Part shown: positions 23,601-36,185 of the stretch, piece after piece
Layout of the letters: each line of letters opens with the position of its first letter
How positions within the stretch are numbered: position 1 is the first letter of the stretch
DNA from: Camelus ferus
Taxonomy: Eukaryota
Assembly (NCBI RefSeq): GCF_009834535.1
Contig: NC_045713.1
Coordinates: 6,634,001 to 6,698,000, forward strand
Direction: 5' to 3'
DNA: 64,000 nt
Made by a program: the position numbers and the translations under genes
Notes under the pieces: model-generated
What the model saw: the letters and a program-made list of their open reading frames with translations, nothing else
What the model was told of the DNA's origin: nothing
Databases searched by the model: none

Positions 23601-26600
23601 CCCATACTGTGGCTGCACGGGGTCCGAGGGCAGGCAGTCTGCAGAGAAGGTAGGCAGCAAATGTGGCCCAGACTCAAGTACTTTCTCCCAGAGTCCAAAT
23701 TGCAAGTGGGCCGAAGAGACAGATCTGGGCAAGGGTGTGGCTGCTAGGAAGGGTCAGCTGGGAAGAAGGATGGTGCCTCTGGGATGCAAAGAACACAAAG
23801 AGCATCTGAGAGTGAGATGGAGAGAGAGGCTGGGGGTGAGTGGAGGGCAACTGACCGAGGTCTCCCAGGGTGACGTGGCCCAGCACGTAGAGGCCCCCTT
23901 TCTTGAGCTGGTTGGCCAACCGCAGCAGAGGCAGTGCGCCCCGGGGGTTCCCCACCAGGAGCAGCAGCTGGGGCCGCCAGAACTTCACGTGATCCTTCCG
24001 GACATCCAACCGGAGCAGATATTTACGAACCTGGACAAGGTGAGGTCGTGGGAAGATGGGCTCCGGTGGACAGCCCCCTCGACCTCTCTCGGACAGGAAG
24101 AAACTCCAGCCGAGGGAACAGGAGGCCTCCTTGGGGCGTAGGTGTTCCCAGGCCGCCTCCTCCCCTCCCCTCCCCACCCTCCTCCAAGTCCCCCCACCAA
24201 CCTGGTGGAAAAGCAGGGCCTGGCTGACGTAGCCCCAGCTGCTGGGGCCTCCTCGAGCAGTGAGCAGGGCGGAAAGCAGGCCCATGAGAAGCAGGGAGCC
24301 ACCAGCGGCCCCAGGGCTGATGAGAAACATCATGAGCAGGCAGGAGGCCACCCCCAGCAAGCAGGTGTGCCAGGAGAACAGGCTGAAGGTGGGACTGCGG
24401 GCAGACAGAGAAGGGAGGATGCTCAGGAAGGGCTGCCCTGATACGGAGCCACTCCACTCTATCCCCGACCTCTCCCACTGTGGTCCGAGGCCTGCCCACA
24501 CCTCCCTCTCTTTCTCTGCAGACACAAGCATCTTCTCCTCTCACCGGAAGTTGGGGGCCGAGGCCCACTCCAGGCTCAGGCAGGACAGGTCCACAGCAGC
24601 ATAGGCCACCAAGTAGAAGACAGTGACCACAGCGGCCAGTGTGTTCAGCTTCCCAGCCAGGAGCACCAGCTGGACAAGGACCAAGAGGCTGGGCCTTCAT
24701 CAATTCCCCCCACCTCGTCAAATGCCAACACATGCTGTCTTTTCAGCCCTGTCTCCCAGCACCCACATGACCCTTTCTGGTCCTAAAAGCATAAGCAGGA
24801 GGGGCTTAGGGGCAGGGGGAAGGCTGCTTGAAGAGGAAGGCTTACCTGCACTAGGCTCCAAGAATAGAGCACAGCCCCCCAGGGGTTCCCCCCTCGGGAT
24901 ACAACCTTGGCCGGTGCCAGGATCACTCCTGTGCAAACAGAAACACAGGAGTCACGTCAGCCTGGGCCAAGCGGGGGACCGAGACAGACATAGGAGGGCG
25001 TGCCCAGAGCCAGGCAGGAGGCAGGGGACAGTGCACCGAAGAGGTCATCCTGGGCCAGGGCGTGGAGGATGCGGGAGGCGCCGATGAGGGAGCTCATGGA
25101 GGCTGAGAGCGACGTGGCATAGATACCAATCAAGACCAGCGGGGGCCACAGGCTGATGGCCCGGAAGAACCCATAGTCCTCCTGCAGCAGGGTCCTACAG
25201 GGAGGGAAAGGAAGAGGATCCAGAGAATAAATATGCACCATCCTAGGGTCCTGGTGAGAACAATGCTTTCAACACTGGGTGAGGTTAAGCACTGGGTATT
25301 CTCAACAGACCCTAGCCCCGATCTTAAGGACCATATTAACAGATCAAGTGTGCCCAGGGGTTGATCTGCCCTACTCACGGGGGATTTGGCTGTCATTGGG
25401 GTGCTTTGAATTTAATCACATGTGCACATTCCCAACAGTATATGCACAAGAAGCCAAATATTTATGGAAATACAAATTGACTAGAAAACTTTTCCCCACC
25501 CCACCCCCAAACCAAGTGCTTACAACAGTACCAGGCACGAAGCAGATGCTAGCTGCAGGTTGGCTATTACCACATAGCCAGCCTACCCACTGAAGGCAGC
25601 AGCTCCAACGCTCTCCCAATGGGACAGACAGTCCCGATTTTTCCCTGCACCCCAACAACTTCAGTATCTACCCCCCAGCCTGTGCTGCCCTTGATGATCC
25701 AGGTGTGCCAACCTTGTTCCAACACCCCACCCCACCCCTTTAAAGACCAAGCTCACCCCCTCCCCAGGCACCTGTCACAGGTGAAGCTGGAGAGGAAGAA
25801 AAGCAGGATGTAGATGAAGAAAGTATAGGCGACAGCGACGATCGTGCCCAGAGGAATTGCCCGGCTAGGGTCCTTCAACTCCCCTGGAGGGAAGGGAGCA
25901 AAGGGAGAGAGGTCAGCCCTCCACCACTCCCTCCATCCCTGAGCCCTCAGCGCCCCCACAGGGGCACAAGATGGCAGCCCCCCAATCCCAGGAGGTGGCA
26001 GGCAGGGGTTCTCACCCGACATATTGGCCCCAGCCATGATGCCCGTGCAGCCATTAAAAAGGACAGCAAAGACGCTGGCAAAGGTCATCATGGCCCCCGT
26101 GGTGTAGTCCTTGGCGTAGCCAGCTGAGGATGGGACCGTTCTCAGGGAGGAGAGGGTGTCAGCATCCCTTCTAGGGACCCAGGCATTTTGGCCCTGCCAC
26201 CCCCTCCTCAGATTCCAAACCCCAACCTGCCTCCCCACCATCCTCACCAAGACCCCAGCCCTGACCCCATATCTGACACTGGCTCAGCCAACCTCCTCAC
26301 CTCCTTCTCCCCCAGATGCTCCAGTCCTCCCTCCAGCGCTTCATCAACGCTCTTTCCTAAGATGCCTTCCCTCCCGCTCCTATCTGAACTTCCCAACCCA
26401 GCTCAGCCCACTCTAGCTCCACCAGCTCCCACCCTCCCCAGTCCATACCCAGATCTCCCTCCTCTGGACTCCTCTGTGATTCACAGATTCTCCTCTGTGA
26501 GTCTACTTGAATCACATTCAGTCCTATTGTGCAATTTGTTTCCTGAACGTACGTCTTATCTCTCCAAGTAAGTAAGTTCCTCTAGGGCAGGGACTATCTT

Positions 26601-28653
26601 GTGGTCACCCTTGTACCTCATTGGGCCAAACACACAGCAGCCCACACACGCCGAACAGATCTTAATCAATCTGCATTACTCCAAGGCCCAGATGTCCTGC
26701 CCCTGATTTTCCCTGACATCTGTTTTCACCTGGGATTCCAGAGGCCTGTCCCCTACCATGTGCCCACCCCTCTCCTCGAGAACCCCAGCACTCTTGTGCC
26801 CAGCTCACCACCCAAATTGGCCTTCAGAGTGCTGCTGTTGAAGCCAGTGAAGTGGCCGACCTGGGGCGGCAGGGAGGAGCCATTGGGGCCAGGCTGAGGG
26901 GTCAGGGGGATGTCCCTGGGCCCCACAGCCACAAAGCTGATCAGCACGGAGGCCAGGGAACCAGAGACCAGCAGGAATGTGAGGAAGGAGGCCCGGGCAT
27001 AGAGGCCAGCCCCCAGCGTGCAGACCCCGCCCACCAGGCCCAGCAGCAGGGAGCCATAAAGTAGATTCCAGCCGTAGCCCTGGGGCAGGACTCGGAGCCC
27101 ACTGGACCCTGTGGCATCTGTAGAGAGGAAGGAACAGAGTTAGAAGGCCACATTCCAAGGAGGGACCCCAACCATGACTCAAAACAGGGACAGACCCCAT
27201 CTTCGGTCCACTTGTCCTCATAGAAGCCATCTTTCCCACTCCCCCACCCAACTATCCCAGCATCCTAGCCCTCCCTGCTGGGTACCACTATTCTTGCTCT
27301 GTCAATTTGGGGAGTGTTAGTCTGGCCTCCCTGACTACACGGTAAGCTCCTCGTGGGCCAGGACAATCTCTCGGATGTCTACAAGAGTCTAGGCACTCAG
27401 TAGGAGCTGGAGAAACCACCGTACACCCCTCCTGGAGAGGGCTTCTCTACCAGCCATGATCCCAGAATCCTAGACCCTGCAAATCCTCAGAGCTGCCCTG
27501 ACCAGGGTGGGGAACACAGACCAGCCCCGAAGACATCAAGCACAGCCTCCACCAGCCCCAGCAGGGAGACTGCACAGCCACAGACGTTAGCCAGGTAGAA
27601 CATGAGGCCAATGCTGCCCCCAACCTCAGGCCCCAGGGTCCGGCTGATCATGACTAAAAGTGGAAGCAGGAGGTGAGTGTTAAGGGAAAAGAAACTGAAC
27701 TGGAGCATGAGGATGGCCCCGAACACAAAGCATGCTGCAGCTGGCCCTCCAGGCCTCACCTCCCTGAACACACCAGGACTGTTCTCAGAGGCAGTGTGTC
27801 CCAGTGCAGCCACTCCCAAGCCACGTGACTTTGTCCAAGTCACCAATGCTCTGGAATCTCGTCTGTAAAATGAATACTACCTAACTGACAGGACTGTTAG
27901 GAGAGCCAAAATGGCAACTGAGAAGGCCCCTGGTGGTCTGGAAAGTGGAACTAACATGGAAGGCCACATTGGTCACCTTCCCCATTCCAACCTGTCTGCT
28001 GGACATTCATTGGAACTTGCCCCCTCTTATCCTGCGCCCCCGGGGGGGTGGGAGGGGCCCTCTCCTTCTCCTTATGACAGAAGAGCCCAGACCCCAGTTC
28101 ACGGATGTTGGAGGATACAGTAGGCTCCGCCCCCTCGCACAGCTCCATTGGTGGCGATGGCACAGACAGAGAGGACGGTGAGTGCCAGGATGAAGTAGGC
28201 AACCAAGAGCATGGCCAAAGCCTGCAGCAGCCCAGCATGGCCCACCACGAACCCTGGGACAGGAGTGGTAAAGCAGGTCAGATGGTGGCTCATGCATCCC
28301 ACCCCCTTTCCCATTGGTCATCAGTTACCTCCAGGGCAGAGCCAAACACAAGGCCATGGGGAGCCCCCTCCCCCAGCCCTTCATCTACCCACTTCTCCCA
28401 GGGCTCTTCCCCAACTTCATCCCAGTCCCAGCCATCCCTCCCACTGCACCCCTGAATAAGACCCCCACTCACCAATCCTCAAGAAGACAACTATACTGAA
28501 CATGGACAGGACCGTGGGCACCACCACACCCAGGAAGGTGGAGAGTTTCCGGGCAGATGCCCCTCCAGGACCTCCGGCCCCATTGGCAGGGAAGGCAACT
28601 CCCTCCTCCCCCAGGAGCCGGTAGGCCAACAGAGGAGAGTTCTCACTGGCCAT
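20646..28653 (-). CDS. SLC12A9: Solute carrier family 12 member 9 (CCC6/CIP1), 13 coding exons, 915 aa
   Basis: Exons 28653-28473, 28253-28119, 27653-27522, 27117-26809, 26123-26016, 25883-25772, 25194-25037, 24928-24846, 24669-24545, 24394-24202, 24030-23856, 23638-23492, 21535-20646; total 2748 nt in frame. MASENSPLLAYRLL... with cation-chloride cotransporter motifs (GGGAYFMISRTLGPEVGGSIG, GIMAGANMSGELKDP, KFWRPQLLLL); ends VTPVTCTDL*. Confidence 0.99.
22150..22335. mobile_element. MIR in SLC12A9 last intron
   Basis: CCCATTTTACAGATAAGGAACCTGAGGCCCAGAG...TCACTTGCCCAA, the MIR core. Confidence 0.75.
27820..27905. mobile_element. MIR fragment
   Basis: TGACTTTGTCCAAGTCAC...CTGTAAAATG resembles the MIR core. 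Confidence 0.55.
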
Positions 28654-29349
28654 GGCTGAGAGCGGGCAGAGGAAGTCACCAGAGGTTACGAGGCCTGCAA
28701 AGAGTTTGCTGAGTGGAAAGCAGCTCCGTGGAGTCCCCCCAAAACACCTCTAACCAAACACCCCAAAGCTTCCCCCAAAAGGAAACACACACACTCACTT
28801 ATATTCACCAGCAACTCAAAGTGTTAGTTGGGGGCAGCCTGGTCCTGGCCACTGCCCCAACAAAGGCAGACTCTACAGGCCTCAGCATTGGGTACCAAGG
28901 CCCTCACAGCTCCTGGGGGCCACCTCTTGCCCCATATGCCTGAGACTAGGAATGACAGTGGCTGTGGCAAGGTGCAAAGATCCTCACCCTTCTTAACCAG
29001 CACAAGAGGAAGCAAATCCTCAAAAGGGAAGTGAGTTATGGGCAGGAGGCCCTCTTCACTTGCTCATCTGGAGTCCTGAGCCGCCCCCCAAGATCCTCCA
29101 TGCAATCACCTCAGCTCAGGGCAATAAGAAACTTCTGAATCTTCCAAAGCCCCATCATCCATCAACCCTTTTCCTCAATCCATCTCGAACAGGCTCCTCT
29201 GTCCTTAACCTCACCAGATTCCTCCCACCCACACAACGCAGCCCCTAAACTCTACCATCCCAACCATTCCTCGACTACCAATACCAAAACATCGGCCGGC
29301 AACACAAGGTGGGTCCTCCTCCCCCAACCGGTTCCTGCCCACTTTCTCC

Positions 29350-30160
29350 CGGGGCAGGTTGGAGGGGGCCGAGATTCCTTCTCCCCGGCCAGGCGCACCC
29401 TCCACAGCCCGGGTGTGTCAGGGCGCTCACTCACCCACCGGAGGACGCAGCTGCTCGAGGTTGATCCCCGGGATTTGGAAGGGTCCGCTACAGGCGGAGG
29501 GGGCGCGGGTGCCGGAAAAGACAGCTGCGGCTACCGGGATGCCAGGCCCGGAGCCTCTCCCCCCGCCCCAGCACACACGCGCCCCATTGGTCCCCAGGCC
29601 CAGCCCCGCCCCTTGGGCGAGCCCGGGGAGGCCCCGCCCCTCGGGGCTCCCGCAGCCAGCCGGGCTCCCGCCCCACGTGCGACCGGGATGCTGCCCGGGT
29701 TCGCTCCTCAGACGTGCGTCTTTGGCAGGCTGCGGGCCACGGTTCCCACTGCGCCCATCACCGCGGTACAAACAAGCGCCTGCCGCGCGGGCAGGACCCC
29801 ACTCGGGGCTCGAAGGCGGCCCGAGGAGTCACTGCTGAAAGGGGCGTGTCGTGACGGCGGAAGGCCTCCGGCAGGTGGGCGGGGCCACGGCACCTGTCAC
29901 AGGTGCGCTGCGGGGAACGCTGGGCCCCGTCGGTCCGCGCCTTACCGAGTCCTAGTCCTCCAGCCTCTCGAATCCCTGTACAGTCCACCAGGTCCCGGCC
30001 TCAGCCCTCAGCCCAGCGGGGCCCTCCCCTCGCGCCCAGTCCAGCCCACAAGCTGCGCCCTTCGCTTCCGCCACCGGAGGGAGCCATTGGCCGCCGATCC
30101 GGGAGAACCCTGCTGGCGCGGGAGGCCGTTAATTGGCCTCCTTTGCCTCCAGCTTTTGAG
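29350..30160 (-). promoter_or_regulatory. SLC12A9 CpG island, promoter and non-coding exon 1
   Basis: Dense CpG. Strong minus-strand donor GG|GTGAGT at 29435/29434; exon 2 acceptor at 28695; E-box CACGTG at 29674-29679; CCAAT (ATTGG) at 29586-29590; GC boxes. Confidence 0.75.
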
Positions 30161-30269
30161 CCTCCCGGCAAAGTGTTGTGTCCTCCAACAGAGATCACAG
30201 GATTTGTGAACCTCTGAGAGTTACGGCCACCTCCTCACTCTTTACAGGTACCGTCACCATCAGCGCCAA

Positions 30270-30625
30270 CTGGCAACGTTTCCTCATCTGTAAAATGGGG
30301 ATTAACTAGACCCTCCGGCAGGAAGTGGCTGTGAGAGTTCAGTGAACTAATTAGGCACTTGAAATACCGAAATGTTCAATAAATTATTTGCATAGGGCAC
30401 TACGTTAAATACGCATAACCACTTTGTGAGGTAGATACCATTGTTATTTCCATTTTTCACATTAGGAAATTGAAGCTTGGAGAGCTTCAGTAATAATTTC
30501 CTAACTTTCATAAACTGTCGTTTGAGCCTCAGGAAATGAACACCGGTTTTCCTGCCACTGGTCTTTGGCTGTAAATTATCCGCAACATTTCCATAGGAGA
30601 GGAAGGGGCTCAAAGTAGCACAAAT
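30270..30625. mobile_element. MIR fragments
   Basis: TTTCCTCATCTGTAAAATGGGGAT and CCCATTTTTCACATTAGGAAATTGAAGCT cores. Confidence 0.6.
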
Positions 30626-30659
30626 GTGGCTTTGCCAGGGAAAGGTCTCATGAGCAGTT

Positions 30660-33535
30660 AACTTGTGGCATCTTTAGTAGTCATCTCTGCTACCCATGAC
30701 ACGGAGCTTGGCTCCTGAGTCTCTCCAACACCACTCCTGTCACAATTTTTGTTGTCTTCAGTATCCACATTGATGAGACTTCCAACACTCGGCTGGCCGG
30801 TGCTTAAACTCCACTTCTACATAGATCTCACCCTCCATCCCACCCAATGGTTATGCCTAGACTTGTCGTTACCAGTTACTTTGGACCCTCCATCTTTTCA
30901 TTCACCACTTCTAGTTATACCTGTAGAGGAAAAAAATTAATCTGACACTTGCTAAAATGGTAAGGAAGACTTTATTTAGGCAATTGGTGTCAAGACTCAC
31001 AATAGGGAAGAGAGATGGGGCTCAACCCCAAATATAGCAAAGACAGCTGAGTGTTTATAGCCAACAAGCAGAAGGAGGGGGTCAGTGAATGGAAAATTAC
31101 TAAGAGGAAACACTAAGTTTAGGGGGACTCTAGCTAAACAGACTCAATAGGATTCTTGCTAAAGGCAGGCCAGGGTGATCAGATATCAAGCTTTGGGTGG
31201 GGGATTCTCTCTAAACTGAGCTAGGCAGGCCCAGCAGGGATGGGGGTCAAGGTCGAGGCCTAGTCCAGAAGAGGTTTCAGAGGAAACTGGCTGATGTTTG
31301 GTCAAGGAGAAGGTCTTTGTCATGCCCTAACTCCAACAATCCTCCACCTCACTGGACCTCCTAACACACTGATCCTGCCTTGTGCCCACTGCCCTCACTC
31401 ACTTCCCTTCTCATCCAGCTTCAAGTTCACGATCAGTGAAAAGCACTCCTTTGCCCCTCACTTTATCACAACTCCTGGCAAAATCACAGCCTTGGTAAAG
31501 GCAACTCTCCACCTACCCTGAACCTGCCCAAGCAGCTAAACATGGCTGGACACCCATCCACCCATAGAACCAGTCTCATTTCAAATTCATGGCCGTGAAC
31601 CTCAAGTGGGCACTCATGCCTCCCTGCATTCAGACCAGGTTTTTCCTCCGGTCCACTCACTCTCCCACAGTCCTAGATGACTATTAAATCTTCCCCCCTC
31701 TCTCCAGTGGTTTCTCTTCCCATCTCTATCTCAGCTCACTACCTTGCTTCCGAATTCATTGAGAAGACAGGAAGCATCAGAAAAGACTCTCAAAGCTCCT
31801 AACCACCCACCACGCTAGGTTCTGCCCTCCCTCTCATTAATAGAGACGAGCTGATTGTGCTCCTAGCTGAGGTTAACCTGCCACTAGGTCCTATCTCATC
31901 ATCCCGCTTTCCCTTTCCATTGGGTCATTCCCATTAGTATACAAATATGTTTTTATTCTTTTATTTGTCTTGTCTTAAAAAGGAAAATAAAAGAATTTTC
32001 TTGAATCCACACACATACCATTACCATTTCATTCCTTTGTTGTTTCTTCTTTATAGCAAAACTTCTCTATAGAAGTTGTCTGTACTAGCTGTTTCCAATC
32101 CCCTCCTCTCATTTCTTCTTAAACTCACCAAGCCCAAGCTTTTGCTCATCAGCAAAAGGGAAACTGCTCATCAAGTCACCAGTGCCTTCCATGGTCAATC
32201 CAAGGGTCATTGCTTAGTCTCCTTTGCTGGTTCTTCTTCATCTCTTGTCTCAACTCTGGAGCACCCTAAGGTGTTGGAGGAATGGCCAAGAGGCCACTGT
32301 GGACTGGAGGCTCCATTGAGGACCAGAAATTCAGTCCACAGACTTCTTTTCACCCACTTACACCTATTCCTTTGGTGGTCTCACTCAATCTCCTAGATTT
32401 ATTTATTTATTTTTTATTGTTGGTTGGTTCAGTCTCCTAGTTTTAAAATACCATCCATATAATAGTGTATAATAGTGCCCCAAGGGTGTATCTTCAGCCC
32501 AGATCTCTACTCTGAACTTCAGACTGTATGTACAACAACATAGTAACCTCTCTGCTTGGACATCAAACAGGCAACTCAAACTTGATCTGCCCCAAATCAA
32601 ATGCCTAAACATACACCTACAGCCTACTCCTCTTGTGGCCGTCCCACCTTCCCAGTTGCTTAGGTTAAAAACCTTAAGGTTATGCTCAAGTACTCCCTCT
32701 CATATCCCACATCCAATCCATCAGTAATTCTTTTTGTCTCTATTTTTAAAATATAACCAGTGTCCAACCACAGTTTATCACCCTAGTCCAAGCCACCATC
32801 ATCTCTTATCTGCATTATTGCAACAACCCTCTAACTGATTTGCCTGCTTCTGCCCTGGCCCCTATGTCTATTCTAAGCAGATCGGTTAGAGTGATGTTAT
32901 TAAAAAGCAACTATCCCTTCGTGACGCTTCTCTTTTCAAAACTGTCCAATGGTTTCTCATTTTCCTCAGAGTAAAAGCCAAAGGCTTTTATATGAAGGGT
33001 AACCATACTTACCTCCTGAAACACCAACTACCACAGTTTATGCCTGTTGCCTTGGCATAAGTATTAACAGCATTTCCTTTGCTCAGAAGTGACTCAGAGT
33101 GGTCTATATATTATGTGGGCACCCTACCCACGAAGCCCTATCCGGTCTGCCTCCTGCCTTCACCCCTCCTCATCTCCTGCCTGATCTCTGTCTGGGCTGT
33201 GACACACAGAGCATGAGCCTCTTTGTCTTCTGGGCTCAAATATCATCTTCTTAGTGAAATCTCCTCCGCTGGTCCCATTTAAAACTGAACTACGCTTTCC
33301 TTCCTTCCCATCCCATTTCCTATTTTTTCTACTTTTCCTATATATTTTTTCCTCCATAGCGCTTTTAACACCATCTAATAGATGTCGTTTACTTGTTGAT
33401 CTTGTTCATAGACTGTCTACTTCCAACAGAAAGTTAAGCTCCACGAAACAGGAACTTTTCTTTTCTTCGCTGCTTTACTCCGGTGCTTCTAACAGTCCCA
33501 GCCACTCCGGTGACGTTAGTAACCATTCATTGACT
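30660..33535 (+). mobile_element. Long degenerate LINE-2, interrupted by the LTR
   Basis: L2-like motifs throughout (CTAGACTTGTCGTTACC; CTTCAGCCCAGATCTCTACTCTGAACTTCAGAC; GGCAACTCAAACTTGA; 3'-end-like sequence near 33400-33535). Confidence 0.7.
30922..31322 (-). mobile_element. Solo ERV1-type LTR (MER31-like)
   Basis: 401 bp bounded by TG...CA. The minus strand begins TGACAAAGACCTTCTCCTTGACCAAAC, like the MER31 5' end as I recall it. Internal minus-strand AATAAA at 30971-30976; degenerate 4-bp TSD TACC/TGCC. Confidence 0.7.
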
Positions 33536-33539
33536 GTTC

Positions 33540-34100
33540 TGGGAACCATCGCGGACCTGGGACGGGGGGCGGTCTTGCTCCTCACGTGACTGCAGCGGCC
33601 CCGCCCAGCTCGCTGGTAAGGGAAGATGGCGGCGCCCAGGGTGGCCTCGGAGAGAGGGCAACCAACGAGAGGGCGCAGGCTCGCTAGAGCGGCCACCCCC
33701 GCCTCCTAGTCTGCGGTTGCGTCCTGGGAAGGCGCGAATTCAGGGTCTACGTGCTGGTCCTCCTCTCCACCATTTTTAAACGGGAAAGAAAGTAGCTAAT
33801 CAAAGGCTACTTGGTCTGACCTGCCTACTACCTCACCACCGTTTGGGATTCCCAGGACCTAGGCGTGTAGGACGAGGTCGTGGGATGCGGTATCTGGGTT
33901 CTTCTCCCCTTCGTGTTGGCTCCTGGGTCAGCCTATTAAGTCCAGCCTCCGGTTCTAGGGATCCTCGAACACACACCAGGACCGCCCCTCGGAGACAAGA
34001 GCGTCCATTTCCAGCTCCACGGCGCCCCACTCCGAGTTCGCGTTCTAAATGCTAATTACCCGGCAATCTACCCTCCCCACCCCTGCAGTGAACTCCCCAG
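33540..34100. promoter_or_regulatory. Orphan CpG island with CLEAR/E-box, YY1 and GC boxes
   Basis: CTCACGTGAC at 33581-33590, AAGATGGCGGC at 33623-33633, GGGGCGG and CCCCGCCC near 33566-33606; CpG-dense. No coding exon of a flanking gene lies here. Confidence 0.7.
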
Positions 34101-35462
34101 GATTAAAGTCTCGTGAATCCGGACCCCCTCCCCCAGGCCCCTGGGGCAGATGAGCCCTTGGCCACCGCCCCTCCAATTTCCTGCAGACCCAGCAAACAAA
34201 AGGCTCGGGAAGAGAGGCGAGGCTGAGTAGGGCGCCCTTCCTGCAGGAGCAGCTGATGGAGCAAAATGACCCAGGAGGGAGAGGAGGGGAGGGATGAAAT
34301 TCCAGGGTTCCTGAAGGACCACAGCGGGAGGCCAGGCTCCTGGATCCCGGAGAGGGAGGGAGGGAGTCCAGGAAAGTGGATGTGAAGGGCCCAGGCAGGA
34401 CAGCGGAGTTTGCTAGGCTCTACCAGATCCCAGCTGCCCGGTGGGGGTGATGTCAACCTTACGGAATGAAGGGGGTGGGGGGAACCCTGGATTTCAGGTA
34501 AGCTCTCAGGCCCCCAGGCTGGAATGGTGGGGGCTGGGAGAGGCCTGAAGCCCTGCGTCATCTCCTCTGGGGCTAGCCTACCGCTCCCCTGGCCCGACCT
34601 GCTACCCTCTGTGCTGGCCCCACCCTGGCCTGGCTTCCTGCTCCTCCCCAGGCACAGATCTCTCCCTGCCAAGCTCTACGAATCAGCCCGGGGGCTTCTT
34701 GTCCCTTCAGGACCTCGGTAGTTAGCCCCCAGACACCAGTAGTCCTTATATTCCCTCCTAGAGCCATTGCCCCTACCCCCATCCGCGCCAAGGACACAAT
34801 GGTAAGGGAAGGGCCACGTCCAGTGGGTGGGTGGGGGGATGCTGGCATGGAGTTGGGGGGGCTTGGCCTCATATCCTGTCAGCCTGCCAAGGGAAGAGAG
34901 GAAACAAAAGACTTCCCCCTGCTGGGACAATGAGCCTCCCATTACCTCTCCCCCTCCTCCCACTACCCTCCTCCGTTTTAGCTCGGGCCCCCTGCCCCTT
35001 TGCCTTCCTTCTCTGTACCTTCTTGCCCTCTGGTAGCCTTGGCCTCTGCTGTGAGCTCTGCCCTTCCCCTGCCCTCCTTCCTATCAGTTCACACTGATGC
35101 CTGCTCCTAGTCCTGGCTGTTTCAGTCCCCTGCTATTCTTTCAGTGCTCAGGGTCCCTTTCTCTGTCCCCAGTGCTGAGTTTGGGGCTGGGTGGTCAAGG
35201 GCCTGGTGAATGTTAGGGGGTAAATTACACCCATTTAGTGGCCAGTAGACAGTAGTGGCTCCCCCACAAGAGAAAGGGACCAAGGCAGAGGGAGGGAAGG
35301 GGAGAAAGGATGTGGGGTGTGTCCTACAGGTCCTTAGAGGTGAGGTCGCGGAAGGCTGTCCTGTATGCTGAGTGTGGTAGCAGAACATCACAGTGGAGTC
35401 AGGCCCACTTGCTGGCTACTAGAGTGCCTTGGACAGGTCACTTAACCTTCCGAGTCTGTCTC

Positions 35463-35645
35463 TTTTTTTTTTTAATCGAAGTATAGTTGATTTACAGCAT
35501 TGTGTTAGTTTCAGGTATACAGCAAAGCGGTTCAGTTATGTATATAAATACATATTCTTTTTCAGATTTTTTTCTGATATTGGTTATTATAGGTTATTAT
35601 AAGATATTGACTATAGTTCCCTGTGCTATACAGTAGGTCCTTGTT
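35463..35645 (-). mobile_element. L1 3'-end fragment (cetartiodactyl-type)
   Basis: T-run followed by GAAGTATAGTTGATTTACA...GTTAGTTTCAGGT..CAGCAAAG...TAGTTCCCTGTGCTATACAGTAGGTCCTTGTT, a typical antisense L1 3' UTR. Confidence 0.8.
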
Positions 35646-35689
35646 TCCTGTCCCATCTTTAAAGTGGATTTCAGAGTAACACCCATCCT

Positions 35690-36153
35690 GCCCCTCTCAT
35701 GGGGTTCTTGTGATGATTTAAATATGATAATATTTGTTTAGGAAAAAAAAGAGGAAGCAGTAAAACTTTCCTTAGTCTTCTCAATCTACACAGCCTCCTC
35801 CATACCCCCTGTTCCCACTCACTGAAGTTTCCATCACCATCATATGCCAGTGACTCCCAAACGTGTTTATCTCCAGCCAAAAATCTGTCTCTGAGCTGCA
35901 GATTCACTGAGCTCAGATCTAGCTGACTTCTGGACCGGCTGTCTGGATGGTACATAGGGATCTGAAATTCAACATGCCCATCCTCTTCCTCCCACCGTGG
36001 TCCTGTTTCACTAGCTCCTACCTACTGAGTCTGAAACTTGACTCATGCTTGACTTCAGTCTCCCTCACCCTCACAGCGTGGCTCCAAACCCTGCCCATTC
36101 TAGCTCCTTGACATCTCTTGGGTCCTCACCCTACACAAACACACACGCACGCA

Positions 36154-36185
<32 letters not shown>

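Noticed and set aside
23674-24531. 285-aa ORF on the minus strand
   Set aside because: SLC12A9 exons 11 and 12 joined through an in-frame intron; normal splice sites are present.
29415-30209. 264-aa plus-strand ORF in the SLC12A9 promoter
   Set aside because: Stop-poor CpG island, Pro/Arg/Gly/Ala-rich, non-ATG start, no homology.
33626-33709. Protein start at the YY1-motif ATG (MAAPRVAS...)
   Set aside because: Closes after 27 codons; ATGGCGGC is explained by the YY1 motif.
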